DNA of 64,000 bases, taken from positions 21,186 through 85,185 of the forward strand of contig CALVRV010000001.1 of assembly GCA_944358865.1 (NCBI GenBank). The letters are read 5' to 3'. The DNA is from an uncultured Bacilli bacterium. Lineage in GTDB: Bacteria > Bacillota_I > Bacilli_A > RFN20 > CAG-826. The stretch's first letter is position 1, and each line of letters opens with the position of its first letter. Of the stretch, positions 52,624 to 63,953 are shown in pieces. The notes beneath the pieces were generated by a model, which was given only the letters and a program-made list of their open reading frames with translations, searched no databases and was not told the DNA's origin. The translations under genes and the position numbers were made by a program.

Positions 52624-54050
52624 TAATCATCATCTCCAATATCAAATTCATTCCAATCATCATTGTTGATAATTGTTTCTTCTAGTTTTTTCTTTTTTTC
52701 CTCTTCTAATTTTTTCTTTTTTTCTTCCTTTTCTTTTTTATTTCTAATTTTTAAAGAAGACATAATGGCTTGTCTAGTAAGTCTTGTCGTTTCATATAAT
52801 GTATCAGCGCTTTGTTTACGTTCAATATATGTTTCCCTTTGTAAAGCGACAAATGTTTGACGGTTGATAACTCTTTCTTGAACTTGCTCTTTTGGTGAAG
52901 CGCGATAAAAAGCTGTAACAATACCACCAAGTAATAATGGAAGAGTAAATGTTAAAAATCTCCAAATAATTTGAGCGCCACTTGTAATAGTTTGTCCATT
53001 AACTAAACCATAATATGAATCAAATAGTTGGTTAAAGAAATATTCACTAACACCAGCAGAACCAGGAATAGGAATAAGGCCAGTAATCATTTGATGGAAA
53101 TTTGAATAAAAAACACTATGGAAAAAATTAGCAAAATTTAGTTCATAAGTCGCGCCTAAAGCCTTACCAACAAAGCAAGGAACACCAAATAAAACAATCA
53201 TCGATATCGCATATAAAATCACAATCAAAACCGTAAAAGGAATATTTGATAAAAGTCTTTTTAATTCGATTTTAAAGTTTTCAACTTGAATTCTTAAATT
53301 TTCACGTGTTTTTTCAGGCTTTTTTACTAAACGAATTAAATGGAAGAAGTTAACACATGGCCCTAATATAAAATGATGAAAATGTTTTGAATAAGACATA
53401 AGTAGTAACAAACCAATAAAAGCAACATTTAAACCAAAGCCTAAAATAATTAATGGTAATATTGGAATAGAGAAAGTATCACTTATAGCAACCGCAGGAA
53501 TAGAAAATATTTTTTCAGATTCAAAAATTAAAGATAAAACTCCAAAAATAATTAAGACAAATTGATAAATCATCGAAGTCATAACCATAATAGAAGCACC
53601 AGCGCTTATTGGTAAACCCTGCTTTTTATAAGTATACGCTTGCATAAATTGACCACCGCTGCTAGAAGGTGTAACACCATTATAAAATGTGCCAATTTGA
53701 TCAATAGCGATAGCTTGATGATAATAATATTTTCTTGTATATAATCTAGCAAAACAAAAATAAATTAAACTTCTCACTAGCATAGCCAAAACAACTAAGC
53801 CAAAGCTAGCTAATATCCAAAGCCAATCAACATTATTAAATGAAGAAGTAATCGTATCATAATCAGTAAAGAATGTAATACAAAAACTACTAATAGTGAC
53901 AATCAAAACAATAACGATATTTAATATATATTTAATATAAGAATTTTTCTTTTTTTGATCGTTATTATTTTTTTCGACATCGCTAGCCAAAATAGGCTCT
54001 ATATCGTCATCTTTTGTTTCATCAATTAAAGGTTTCTTCTTTTCTTTCAT
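52623..54050 (-). CDS. TIGR00374/LPG-synthase-TM-like integral membrane protein (putative lipid flippase), with K/E-rich repetitive C-terminal tail
   Basis: 8+ TM helices, conserved ...YNGVTPSSSGGQFMQAY...; the tail reads KKEKEEKKKKLEEEKKKKLEE. Confidence 0.6.
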   Translation of the reverse strand: MKEKKKPLIDETKDDDIEPILASDVEKNNNDQKKKNSYIKYILNIVIVLIVTISSFCITFFTDYDTITSSFNNVDWLWILASFGLVVLAMLVRSLIYFCFARLYTRKYYYHQAIAIDQIGTFYNGVTPSSSGGQFMQAYTYKKQGLPISAGASIMVMTSMIYQFVLIIFGVLSLIFESEKIFSIPAVAISDTFSIPILPLIILGFGLNVAFIGLLLLMSYSKHFHHFILGPCVNFFHLIRLVKKPEKTRENLRIQVENFKIELKRLLSNIPFTVLIVILYAISMIVLFGVPCFVGKALGATYELNFANFFHSVFYSNFHQMITGLIPIPGSAGVSEYFFNQLFDSYYGLVNGQTITSGAQIIWRFLTFTLPLLLGGIVTAFYRASPKEQVQERVINRQTFVALQRETYIERKQSADTLYETTRLTRQAIMSSLKIRNKKEKEEKKKKLEEEKKKKLEETIINNDDWNEFDIGDDD

Positions 54051-54111
54051 AATGTCAATAATTATATAATAATTATAAATTTATTAACAACACTATTTAT
54101 ATTATTTTAAC

Positions 54112-56157
54112 TTATAGTGGCTTTCTCCAAGTTAAGTTAGACGCATCAACACTAGTAGTAACATCGATTCTAACATCTTCTGTTTGATCGATACAATTAT
54201 CCCAGTTTGCTGTGTCAATTGTTGTTCCAGCATCAAATGAAGCAAGAAGGAAATGTGTATCAGTTTCATTAATTTTAAATGAATATGAATTTCCATCTAA
54301 TTGTCCTAAAACCCATCTTCCATCTTCACCAGATTTCCAGACCCACGCTAAAAGGGTTCTGTTTTCAATATATTCATTTGGAATATTAATTACATTAACA
54401 TTTAAATTATTCCTATCACGTTTTGAATAAACATAACGTGAACCAATTGAATAGGAATCATTACTTGCGTAAATTGTTAAATAAATATCACCGCTTGAAA
54501 CCCCTTCTCCTATGGTAATTGTAGTTTCTTTATCAAATAATATTTCTTCACCATCATTAATAATGTATGAACTACTAGTCGCATTATCAACAGTAATTGT
54601 CACATCAATAGGATCATAGAATATATCGCTTCCATCATTAGAGACATTAATAATTGGAGCGGCACTAATCTTAGGTTCATATAATAAGCAAATGCCAGAT
54701 GCATCTATTTCCCCTTCGATATGATTATTTGTAACAATAAATGTTTTTTTACTTACTTGATCAACATAAGTTCCATCTTTTAAACTAGAATAAGTTAAAT
54801 CAATTGAAGTATTTTCATCGCTAGCGACAATAATAACACCATAATCATCACTTGAAGATTTAACATTGATAAACGAATTATTAACAACACTCATATCATC
54901 GCTAACATCATAAAATTGATTATGAAATTTATTAACTTGACTAATTGCATTGCTTTGCCATTCATAGGTTGAAATTTGACCTAAAACGGCACTATCAGTA
55001 GGACGTGCAAAATATAAACTTGTAAATCCATTTAATGAACTTGAAATGGCATAAGCACGATTAATTAAATTTTGTGATAAATTTTTGGTTTGACCATTGT
55101 CGTTTGCAAAAGTATCATGACTTTCACCCCAAAGCACTTTTTTATCAGCATCATCGCGACTAATTGCGCTAGTGAAATCGCTTCCACCTAAAATACCATA
55201 TAAAATATTATTTGAAGTAGCTGTAAAAGTAACTGACATTAATTCTGTATACCAGCTTAAATCACGACCAGCACCGACAGTGTTTAATATTTCACCATAA
55301 AAATATAATTCTTCGCCTTTTGAAGATGCATATTCTTGAGCGCCATCTAAAACAACATCCCAATAATTAGATGCATATTCTCCATCATATTTAGTTTCGA
55401 TATGTTTTGCTGCATCAAATCTAAATCCATCAACACCGCAATCAACATATTCTTTTAATAAAGACAATACCCTTTGTTGAACAACTTCATCTTCTGTTTT
55501 TAAATCTGGATATTCGCCTAAATGACCTCGAACGAGTTGAGCGACATTGCCATCACTAACTGAACCATAGCCTTTATGTAATAATTCTTGATCATATATT
55601 TCTGGTTCATATTCTCTAACATTGCTATTAAAAGATTCTCCACTTCCACCAGCAAGATGATTAGATACAACATCAACTATAATTTTAATACCATATTTTT
55701 CAGCTTCTTGACATAAAGTTTTTAAATCTTCTTTTGTCCCGATAGCGTTATTTTTTGTTGCGATTGTTAAACCTAAAGGTTGATATAATTTCCACCAATT
55801 ATCTTTCCAATTTGCTTCACCAGCATAATCTTTTTGTGGTTGCATTGGAGAAGTTTGAATTGTTGTATAACCAGCCTGCGCAATAGATGGTAAAGCTTTT
55901 GTGATCTCTTCCATTGACCAGTTCCAAGCATGCAAAATAACACCATCTTGAACATTATCTAATAGACCATATTCATCACTGATGACTGGATCATCTGGTA
56001 AAGGTGGTAAATCAATACTTGTTGTAGTGGTAATATCTTGACCACTAGTAGATGAATTATTTATTCCACCACTAGAAGAAGAAATATTATCATTATTACA
56101 ACTTGTTAAAATTAAAGATAAAGCGCCTAATAAAGTTAATAATTTTATTTTTTTCAT
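54112..56157 (-). CDS. GH13 alpha-amylase-family lipoprotein
   Basis: Lipobox LTSC after MKKIKLLTLLGALSLI. GH13 catalytic motifs GVDGFRFDAAKHIE and GESHDTF, plus a C-terminal beta-rich extension. The ORF track starts at a GTG at 56166; the ATG at 56157 has a GAGGTG RBS. Confidence 0.8.
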   Translation of the reverse strand: MKKIKLLTLLGALSLILTSCNNDNISSSSGGINNSSTSGQDITTTTSIDLPPLPDDPVISDEYGLLDNVQDGVILHAWNWSMEEITKALPSIAQAGYTTIQTSPMQPQKDYAGEANWKDNWWKLYQPLGLTIATKNNAIGTKEDLKTLCQEAEKYGIKIIVDVVSNHLAGGSGESFNSNVREYEPEIYDQELLHKGYGSVSDGNVAQLVRGHLGEYPDLKTEDEVVQQRVLSLLKEYVDCGVDGFRFDAAKHIETKYDGEYASNYWDVVLDGAQEYASSKGEELYFYGEILNTVGAGRDLSWYTELMSVTFTATSNNILYGILGGSDFTSAISRDDADKKVLWGESHDTFANDNGQTKNLSQNLINRAYAISSSLNGFTSLYFARPTDSAVLGQISTYEWQSNAISQVNKFHNQFYDVSDDMSVVNNSFINVKSSSDDYGVIIVASDENTSIDLTYSSLKDGTYVDQVSKKTFIVTNNHIEGEIDASGICLLYEPKISAAPIINVSNDGSDIFYDPIDVTITVDNATSSSYIINDGEEILFDKETTITIGEGVSSGDIYLTIYASNDSYSIGSRYVYSKRDRNNLNVNVINIPNEYIENRTLLAWVWKSGEDGRWVLGQLDGNSYSFKINETDTHFLLASFDAGTTIDTANWDNCIDQTEDVRIDVTTSVDASNLTWRKPL

Positions 56158-56342
56158 AAAAAACACCTCACCTGTTTATTATACCAAAAATAATACAGGA
56201 TTTATTAATAATAAATAATTTATTTATAATGGCTAAAAATTATACATATATCATAAGTGAATATGAAAAATTAAAATCCATTTTAATTTCTATTAACAAA
56301 TAATGAATGTTGTGATTAAATAATCACTTGGATTAAAAGAAA

Positions 56343-57839
56343 ATGACATTTATTAAAAAAATATTCCAACCAATCGATTTAACAAAAGGAAACATCTATA
56401 AAGTAATTATTTTATTTATGATTCCAATTGTCATTTCCTATATTTTTCAAAATATATATTCACTGACAGACGCAATTATTGTTGGTCAAAACTTAAGTGC
56501 AAGCGAAGTTAATGGTGTTAATGATGTTTCTTCATTAACTTTTATTGTTTTGCAATTTGCCTTTGGATGTGCAGCAGGATTTTCTGTCGTATCATCAAAT
56601 AAATTAGGTAATAACGACTTAAATGGTGTAAGGCAATCATTTTTTGCTCAATTTATTTTATCTATTATTATTTCTATTATATTGACAATCATATCTTGTT
56701 TATTAGTTGATCCACTTTTATCTTTAGTTGGTTTAAATCCTACTAGTGGTGGCGCGACATATCAAGCTGCAAAAGCCTATATAACAATTATTTTTATCGG
56801 TTTAATAGGTCAAGTAATGTATAACCAAATTTGTTCATTACTCCGTTCGATTGGCGATTCTTTAACTCCACTTATCTTTTTAATTGCTTCAACAATATTA
56901 AATATTGGATTAGATTTATTATTTATTGTTGTCTTTCATTGGGGGGTAGAAGGCGCAGCTATTGCTACTATTTTAGCGCAACTCATCAGTGCGATATTAT
57001 GCTATATATATACTTTTGTTAAATATCCATACTTAAGATTTAAAAAAGAAGATTTAAAAATACCATACAAATTTTATTTAAAGCATCTATCTTTAGGCAT
57101 TCCTTTAGCGTTTCAATTTTCTATTTTAGCTATTGGTCTTATCGTCTTACAATCCACTATTATTAAATTTGATATTGACCCAACAACTGGATTAATAATA
57201 GATCAAGGACCTGCACAACTAGCCTATGGAGCGTATTCAAAATTACATAACTTTTTTAATTGTCCTTTGAACTCTTTAGGAACGGCAATGCTATCTTTTG
57301 TCGGACAAAATTATGGTGCAAATAATAAAAAAAGAATTAATCAAGGTTTAAAAGCTGCCATAATTTTAAATATTATTATCAGTGTTGTTTTAATTGGAAT
57401 AATGTTTTTATTAATGATTGATGATTTTTATTTAAAAATATTTTATAGTGAATCCACCATAACTGAAGATGTTTCAAATTTGGCTAGATTAAATATTTTT
57501 TCTACGTTCCCACTATTCCCATTTTTAGGATTTATCTTTATTTTAAGATGTTCAATACAAGGTGTAGAAAAATCTTATTTTTCCTTAATTGCTGGAGTTG
57601 GCGAATTAATTGCAAGAGTATTATTATGTTTATATGCACCTTATATAGTAACAAATATTATTGACGCTTCAGTGGTCGCTAATATTTTAGTTAATCCATG
57701 GCCATATGTTTTAGTTTGTCTTGCTGATCCAATCGCTTGGATTATTGCAGATATTATATTAGGAATAGGCTGTTACATATACATTTATCGTCCATATAAA
57801 AAAGAAACAAAATTATATAAAGAAGAAAATATAATTTAA
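56343..57839 (+). CDS. MATE-family efflux transporter
   Basis: 12-TM protein with MATE-like duplicated halves; 498 aa. Confidence 0.7.
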   Translation: MTFIKKIFQPIDLTKGNIYKVIILFMIPIVISYIFQNIYSLTDAIIVGQNLSASEVNGVNDVSSLTFIVLQFAFGCAAGFSVVSSNKLGNNDLNGVRQSFFAQFILSIIISIILTIISCLLVDPLLSLVGLNPTSGGATYQAAKAYITIIFIGLIGQVMYNQICSLLRSIGDSLTPLIFLIASTILNIGLDLLFIVVFHWGVEGAAIATILAQLISAILCYIYTFVKYPYLRFKKEDLKIPYKFYLKHLSLGIPLAFQFSILAIGLIVLQSTIIKFDIDPTTGLIIDQGPAQLAYGAYSKLHNFFNCPLNSLGTAMLSFVGQNYGANNKKRINQGLKAAIILNIIISVVLIGIMFLLMIDDFYLKIFYSESTITEDVSNLARLNIFSTFPLFPFLGFIFILRCSIQGVEKSYFSLIAGVGELIARVLLCLYAPYIVTNIIDASVVANILVNPWPYVLVCLADPIAWIIADIILGIGCYIYIYRPYKKETKLYKEENII

Positions 57840-57842
57840 AAA

Positions 57843-58313
57843 TTAAATAATGTGACTTATTATTTTATCTTCAATAAATTTAAATAAATTTAATATGTCA
57901 TCATTATTAGGTCGTTGTTTATGGATACCTTTAAATAAATTTAAGGGACCATATGTAGTAAATCCAAGGCAAGAAAATGTTCCTAAATAATTAACATTAT
58001 CAAATGATAATAATTGTTTTATTAATGATTTGTCATAGTGATGATAATTAGTCGCGCAAGTATAGATAATAAATACTTTTTTATCATTAAAATTTTCATT
58101 TGTAACAATATCTTTAATTTCTTTTGGAAAAGAAAATGCATAAATTCCACTGGCTAAACAAATTGTTTGATATTGTCTAATTATGTCATGAGTAACATCT
58201 TTAACATCCATTAAATCAAAATTATATTTATCTTTTAAATTTTGACATAATTTTAAGGTATTGCCATGATGAGTAGAATAATAAATTATTAATACATTTG
58301 TTTTATTCATCAT
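57843..58313 (-). CDS. flavodoxin-family protein
   Basis: VLIIYYSTHHGNT FMN-binding loop; 156 aa. Confidence 0.7.
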   Translation of the reverse strand: MMNKTNVLIIYYSTHHGNTLKLCQNLKDKYNFDLMDVKDVTHDIIRQYQTICLASGIYAFSFPKEIKDIVTNENFNDKKVFIIYTCATNYHHYDKSLIKQLLSFDNVNYLGTFSCLGFTTYGPLNLFKGIHKQRPNNDDILNLFKFIEDKIISHII

Positions 58314-58611
58314 CTATTGCCTCCAAATAAAAAGATACAGGTCTAAATCCATCATTACATGAAACCATGGCAGAATTTTTATTTTTCATCCATTGTCCAA
58401 AAATGTTTTCTCCACCATATAGAAGAGTCATAATATATGGATATAATACTTGCCACGCTGAAGAACATAAATTGTCTGGTTTATCTAAATTATCAACAAT
58501 AAAACTATCCCCTATTTTATATGGGCAAGCATCTTTAATAGGCAATTCATATTCATTAGATAATTGTTTATAATTAGTAATAGCTTTAATTGTTATTTTG
58601 ACTTTTCTCAT
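58303..58611 (-). CDS. small Cys-containing hypothetical protein (possibly TIGR04076-like), translationally coupled to the flavodoxin gene
   Basis: 102 aa with several conserved-looking Cys/Trp. Family assignment is from memory only. Confidence 0.35.
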   Translation of the reverse strand: MRKVKITIKAITNYKQLSNEYELPIKDACPYKIGDSFIVDNLDKPDNLCSSAWQVLYPYIMTLLYGGENIFGQWMKNKNSAMVSCNDGFRPVSFYLEAIDDE

Positions 58612-58645
58612 ATTAATATTATAGCAAAAAAATTATAAAACACTG

Positions 58646-59518
58646 CTAATTATGATTATTTTTAATAAATAATTTGATATATTTAATTAATTCTTTGCTG
58701 TCTAATATTCCCTTATTAGTGTCTATCTGTAAATTTAACGCGGCAAAATGAAATAATTCATCTCCATAAAAAATCGTATCTAAATAGTCTAAATTTTTAT
58801 TTGTAATTAAGCCAGATAAAAAACCACTTAACATATCACCACTAGAAGCGTGTCCTAAAATAGAAATTCCATTATATGTTGAAATATAATATTTACCATC
58901 TTGACTAACTAATATTGAATAATATGATTTTATCAATACATTAACATGGTAAGTTTTGACAAATTGTATTGTCAATTTTAAATAATCTTTAGGATCTTTA
59001 CTAATAATTTGACAGTTAAGTAATCTAGTAAGTTCTTTTATGTGAGGAGTTAATAATATCTTATTTTTTAAATTCTTATCTAATAATATTTTTAAATCTT
59101 TAGATAAAATTTCTAAACCAGAAGCATCGATAATTAGATTATGCATGTAGTCTTTAATTAATGAGTGTAAAAAGTTTTTATTAGTGTCATTAACTAAAAC
59201 ACCATTTCCAAATAATATAGAATCGTATTTATTAAAAATATCAACATCAATAATATTAAAATCATCGTGATTATTATTTGATAATATTTCTCTAATACAT
59301 TGTTTATTAATCAAAGCAATAGATGATAAATAAATATCACTTGGTAAGCTTATTGAAGTATATCCTACACCACTTAATAAAGCAAAATCACTAGCAAGAA
59401 TAGGCGCGCCAATATATTTATATGAACCACCAATAATAAGACATCTACCCTTATCTGATTTAATTACTTTGTTATCATCAAAGTAATATATTTTATCTAT
59501 AAATGTTTTTAAATCCAT
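58646..59518 (-). CDS. ADP-dependent NAD(P)H-hydrate dehydratase (YjeF C-terminal / Nnr family)
   Basis: LIIGGSYKYIGAPILAS and the C-terminal GHASSGDMLSGFLSG motif. Confidence 0.8.
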   Translation of the reverse strand: MDLKTFIDKIYYFDDNKVIKSDKGRCLIIGGSYKYIGAPILASDFALLSGVGYTSISLPSDIYLSSIALINKQCIREILSNNNHDDFNIIDVDIFNKYDSILFGNGVLVNDTNKNFLHSLIKDYMHNLIIDASGLEILSKDLKILLDKNLKNKILLTPHIKELTRLLNCQIISKDPKDYLKLTIQFVKTYHVNVLIKSYYSILVSQDGKYYISTYNGISILGHASSGDMLSGFLSGLITNKNLDYLDTIFYGDELFHFAALNLQIDTNKGILDSKELIKYIKLFIKNNHN

Positions 59519-59604
59519 ATGAATAATTATATATTTGGAGATGATAAAAATATATCGTTATTTTAATCTTTAATTTTGTTTAAAAATACGTTAATTTATA
59601 TTGT

Positions 59605-60408
59605 ATGGATAACATTAAAGCAATATTTTGTGATTTTGATTGGACGTTATTTGATCATAAAATACGTGATTTTAATAAATTAGGCGTTAAGGGTCTTAAT
59701 ATTGTTCATGACAAAGGTATTAAATTAATCATCAATTCCGCGCGTACATATTATTCTTTAAAAGGCTTAAATACATTTAACCTAATTCCTTTTGATGGGT
59801 ATGTGATCGCTAACGGAGGCGCATGTATTATTGATAACAAAATAATTTATGCATTATATATAAAAGATGAAATTAAAAATGAAATTATTAATTTTTTAAA
59901 TAAATATAATTATTCTTATAATTTAATTTGTTTACACGATACATTTATTAATGATATTAATAAAGAAATAGTCAATGAATTTTATCAACAATTTTATGAA
60001 CCCTACCCTATTCATATTTCTAAATATAACGATGAATCATGCTTATCAATTCAAATATTTTGTCGTGAAGAAGATGATGAAAAACTTAAAGTTTTAGCTA
60101 ATAAATATCATCTATATTTTAATCGCTTTTCTAACTGCAATGTTGAATTAACAAGTCATGAATTTTATAAAAGCAAAGGCGTAGAATCAATATTTAACTA
60201 TTTAAAACTTGATAAAGAAAATGCAATGGCTTTTGGTGATGACATAAATGATATATCAATGTTTGATATGGTAAAATATAGTGTTTGTTTAGGAAATGGC
60301 AATTCAAAAGCAAAAAGCCATGCATTTTATGTTACTGATAAAATTGAAAATAATGGTTTATATAATGCTTTAAAACATTTTAATTTAATAAAAGATAAAG
60401 ATATTTAA
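59605..60408 (+). CDS. Cof-type HAD-IIB phosphatase
   Basis: DxDxT (FCDFDWTLFD) and C-terminal GDDINDISMF motifs. Confidence 0.8.
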   Translation: MDNIKAIFCDFDWTLFDHKIRDFNKLGVKGLNIVHDKGIKLIINSARTYYSLKGLNTFNLIPFDGYVIANGGACIIDNKIIYALYIKDEIKNEIINFLNKYNYSYNLICLHDTFINDINKEIVNEFYQQFYEPYPIHISKYNDESCLSIQIFCREEDDEKLKVLANKYHLYFNRFSNCNVELTSHEFYKSKGVESIFNYLKLDKENAMAFGDDINDISMFDMVKYSVCLGNGNSKAKSHAFYVTDKIENNGLYNALKHFNLIKDKDI

Positions 60409-60417
60409 TTTAAATAT

Positions 60418-62886
60418 TTAATCAATTTTTCTAGAATCATGGCATGTTAAATATATGATTTGCATGTCAGAAGATATATTTTTAATTAATCGAATCATTT
60501 TTTTAATATGATTATCATCTAGTTGCACTCCTGGATCATCAAGAAGAACAAAAGGTTTGTCACTATTTTTATACATTGTTTCTATTAAGGCAAGTCTATA
60601 ACAAAGCGCAACAATGGCCTTATTACCAGTTGAAAGATAATCATCACTTCGATAATCATTAGACATTTCAATAGATATTTCTAAATTAGAATTCATATTA
60701 ATTTTACTAGAAAGTGATTCTTCTAATAATTTTGCGTATTTATTAAAATTATCTTTAATTGGTTTAAGATATTTATCAATAATAGTGTTGTTCGCACTTT
60801 TTAATATTTCAGCTGAAATAGTTATTAAATCATAATCGTAGTTATATTTTTTTAATAATTCTTTTTTATTTTCTAAATCATGTTTTAAACCACCAAGTGT
60901 GTCAACTTTTTCTTCATCGTTTTTAATTTTTGTTTCTAATTGACCTTTTTTAGATGAAATTTGTTTAATTTCTTCTTGAATTGTTTCATCGTTTAATAAA
61001 TCTAATTGTTCATTACTAAAATTATTTGTAATTTTATCTAAATCGTTTTTTAAAACAAATTGTTTGATTTCTTCATTAACATTATTAAGTAAGGTTTGTT
61101 TTTCATTAGCTAATTCAATATCATTTTCAATAAATGATATATCTTCAATATTAATATGATATTTATTAGTGATTTCTTTAATTGTGTCTTCGTTATTTTT
61201 AATTGTTTTAAGCGTGTTTTTATTATTCTTATCAAATTCTAATTTTTTGTCATTAATGTATTTAAAAACCTTAAGATTATCTATTAATTTATTATAATTA
61301 TCGATATTAACTTCTTGATAAAAAATTAATGAAAGTAAAGCAACAATTTGATTATAAAAATTATTAATTAAATTATTTATTGTATCTAATTCATTTTGTT
61401 CTTTTTTGATAGATTCTTTGACTTTTTTATAGTTTGAATAATCATTATGAATTTGATTTATAATATCTAAAATATTTTTATTATTTTCACAATGATATTT
61501 TGACAATATTCCTTGTTGAATTTTTGCCGTGTTATTTTTAAATATAATCCTTTTAATTATAAATAAAGTTATAGCAATAATAGCTGAAATAGAAATTATA
61601 ATAACACCTGTGATTAGATTAAAAATTGTTAAAACACCGCCAGAAATTATTCCTATAAGACATAAAATTATAAAGCCATAAAATATTATAGATAATTTCT
61701 TATTAGATGTTTTTTTATTATTTAATTTATTTAAATCATCATCAACTTCATTTTCGTGTCCATCAAAGCGATTAATAATTTCTTTATCGTTAGCGAAAAT
61801 TTCATTTATTCTATTTTTAATAAATTGTTTCTTATCATCAAGTTTTTCTATTTCATTTTTAGCGTTACCAATTTGATTAATTGTGTCATCATTTATTAAA
61901 GAAATATTTTTAATATCTTTTTTTAATTCATCATATTTTTTAATGTAAGACTCATCTAATGTCAGTAAATGATTTTTTAATGCTTTGTTTTCATTAAGAC
62001 ATTTTTTTAATTTTGAAATATCTTCTTTTAATGGAAGATCATTTGGATATTTCTTTTTAATATTTAAAATATCGTCTTCATATTGTTTTTGTTTATTTAA
62101 TAGATCTTGATATTGTTTTTTTAAGTTTTGTAAATTTTTTAAATCCTCTTTAATTTTTAATTTTTCTTGCAAATCTAATATTTTTTCATCGTATTTTTTA
62201 TTATCTTCATAAAGTGTTGTAAGATTAGATTTAACAACTTCAATTTCATCAATTTCTTGTTGAAGGTTAGATATTTCATCTTTTAAAGAATTAATTTTGC
62301 CAGGATTAGATAAAGATTTTTTATTGGGCTTATATTCTTTTTTATATTCTTCTAATAATTCTTTAGCCTTAGAAATTGAATCGCTATTAACATTTTCATA
62401 ACCGATTAAAACATTAGAAAGTTTACTAACAATAGAATCATTAGATGCAATTTTAATTTCATCAGAAGTTATAAATAATAACTTAAAAAATGATTCTTTA
62501 TTGATACCGAAAAAATATTGACCTAAATCTGAATTTAATTGTGATAAATCAGAATCTAAATTTTCATTTTTATAAACTTTTAATTCATCTTTTAATTGTG
62601 AACTTTTATCAAAATATCGCACTATTTTATAATTTATATCATTATAAATAAAATCGATACTACCACCATAAGTGCCACCTTGAAAAGGATAATAATGTAA
62701 ACGGTCATTAAATTTTGAATTAGCTTTGTTGTTATCTAAAGAATAAAACATTGCCGCAATAAAATTTACTAATGTCGTTTTGCCATATCCATTATCTTGC
62801 GTTATAGATGTTAAGGTATTGTTAAAATAATATTCAAAATTAGAAAATTTTCCAAAATTATTAATTTTAATTTTTATTATTTTCAT
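60418..62886 (-). CDS. SbcC/YhaN-like AAA ATPase with long coiled-coil and central TM hairpin (SbcE-like)
   Basis: N-terminal ...FGKFSNFEYYF...DNGYGKTTLVNFIAAMFY P-loop, ~500 aa coiled-coil, internal hydrophobic hairpin, C-terminal D-loop region (VLLDDPGVQLD); 822 aa. Confidence 0.7.
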   Translation of the reverse strand: MKIIKIKINNFGKFSNFEYYFNNTLTSITQDNGYGKTTLVNFIAAMFYSLDNNKANSKFNDRLHYYPFQGGTYGGSIDFIYNDINYKIVRYFDKSSQLKDELKVYKNENLDSDLSQLNSDLGQYFFGINKESFFKLLFITSDEIKIASNDSIVSKLSNVLIGYENVNSDSISKAKELLEEYKKEYKPNKKSLSNPGKINSLKDEISNLQQEIDEIEVVKSNLTTLYEDNKKYDEKILDLQEKLKIKEDLKNLQNLKKQYQDLLNKQKQYEDDILNIKKKYPNDLPLKEDISKLKKCLNENKALKNHLLTLDESYIKKYDELKKDIKNISLINDDTINQIGNAKNEIEKLDDKKQFIKNRINEIFANDKEIINRFDGHENEVDDDLNKLNNKKTSNKKLSIIFYGFIILCLIGIISGGVLTIFNLITGVIIISISAIIAITLFIIKRIIFKNNTAKIQQGILSKYHCENNKNILDIINQIHNDYSNYKKVKESIKKEQNELDTINNLINNFYNQIVALLSLIFYQEVNIDNYNKLIDNLKVFKYINDKKLEFDKNNKNTLKTIKNNEDTIKEITNKYHINIEDISFIENDIELANEKQTLLNNVNEEIKQFVLKNDLDKITNNFSNEQLDLLNDETIQEEIKQISSKKGQLETKIKNDEEKVDTLGGLKHDLENKKELLKKYNYDYDLITISAEILKSANNTIIDKYLKPIKDNFNKYAKLLEESLSSKINMNSNLEISIEMSNDYRSDDYLSTGNKAIVALCYRLALIETMYKNSDKPFVLLDDPGVQLDDNHIKKMIRLIKNISSDMQIIYLTCHDSRKID

Positions 62887-63953
62887 AATCGATATTTATT
62901 ACCTTCCAAAGCTTCTAAGATAAGTCTAATAACTGTGTTTTTATCATCGTTTGATATTTTTTGGTTATTGTTAACTTCTCTAATTATTTCTCCCCTAATT
63001 GATATATCTGCGTTATATTTATCAATATCAATTTTAATTTTGCTTTTATCCTTAATAGAGACATATAAAACATCATCTTTTAAATAACGTGCAACATCAT
63101 CACAAACATCTTCAATAGGATTATTAATTTCTCCAATTAAATTAAAACGATAAATATTATTTTGATCTAATTTATAATCGTTTTTGATTTTAATTGAAAT
63201 AGAATATGAATCATTTAAATTAGAAATATCGACATCATATTCATATATCATATCTTTTTCATCTTTAATGTATTCATGTTGTATTTTCTTTTTATTAATA
63301 TCGATATCTAATAAAACAAATCCATGATCATTAGTCTCATCAAATCCTCTACCTAATAGACAACCAGGATAAACATAATATGTATTATTATCTAATTTAT
63401 CTTCTTTATATCTATGAATGTGTCCTAAAGCGAGATAATTAATATTTTTATTTTCTAAAAATTTTAAAACGATACCATCTTTTTTTAAAGTCTTTGAAAT
63501 ATCACCATGAAGCATAACAATGTTAATATAATTACTATCCAGGGATAATAAAGAATAAATATTTTTGTAATTATCATTATCAAATTCAATTCCACTTATA
63601 CAAACATTATCATAATAATATGATGTCCAATTATTGTTATTAAAGCATTTTAAATTATTAAGTTGTATATCATTAATTGTGTTTAAATCATGATTTCCTT
63701 TTAAATATATAAAATCTATGTCGCTATTATCTTTAATAACACTATAAAAGAAATCCTTGTCTTTCTTTTTAGGGTCATCATTATCAAAAACATCACCGCT
63801 TAATAAAATGATATGTATGTTGTTTTGTTTTGAAAATTTAATTACATCCAAAAATTTCTCTTTTAACAATTGTTGACGTTTTAAAGAAATATCTTTTGGA
63901 AAAGATTTAATTTCACTACCTAAATGAATATCGCTAAGATGAATAATTTTCAT
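62883..63953 (-). CDS. Mre11/SbcD-like metallophosphoesterase (YhaO/SbcF-like)
   Basis: MKIIHLSDIHLG, LLSGDVFD, GNHD and HGD...GHIH calcineurin-like motifs. Start overlaps the stop of the ATPase gene (ATGA). Confidence 0.75.
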   Translation of the reverse strand: MKIIHLSDIHLGSEIKSFPKDISLKRQQLLKEKFLDVIKFSKQNNIHIILLSGDVFDNDDPKKKDKDFFYSVIKDNSDIDFIYLKGNHDLNTINDIQLNNLKCFNNNNWTSYYYDNVCISGIEFDNDNYKNIYSLLSLDSNYINIVMLHGDISKTLKKDGIVLKFLENKNINYLALGHIHRYKEDKLDNNTYYVYPGCLLGRGFDETNDHGFVLLDIDINKKKIQHEYIKDEKDMIYEYDVDISNLNDSYSISIKIKNDYKLDQNNIYRFNLIGEINNPIEDVCDDVARYLKDDVLYVSIKDKSKIKIDIDKYNADISIRGEIIREVNNNQKISNDDKNTVIRLILEALEGNKYRL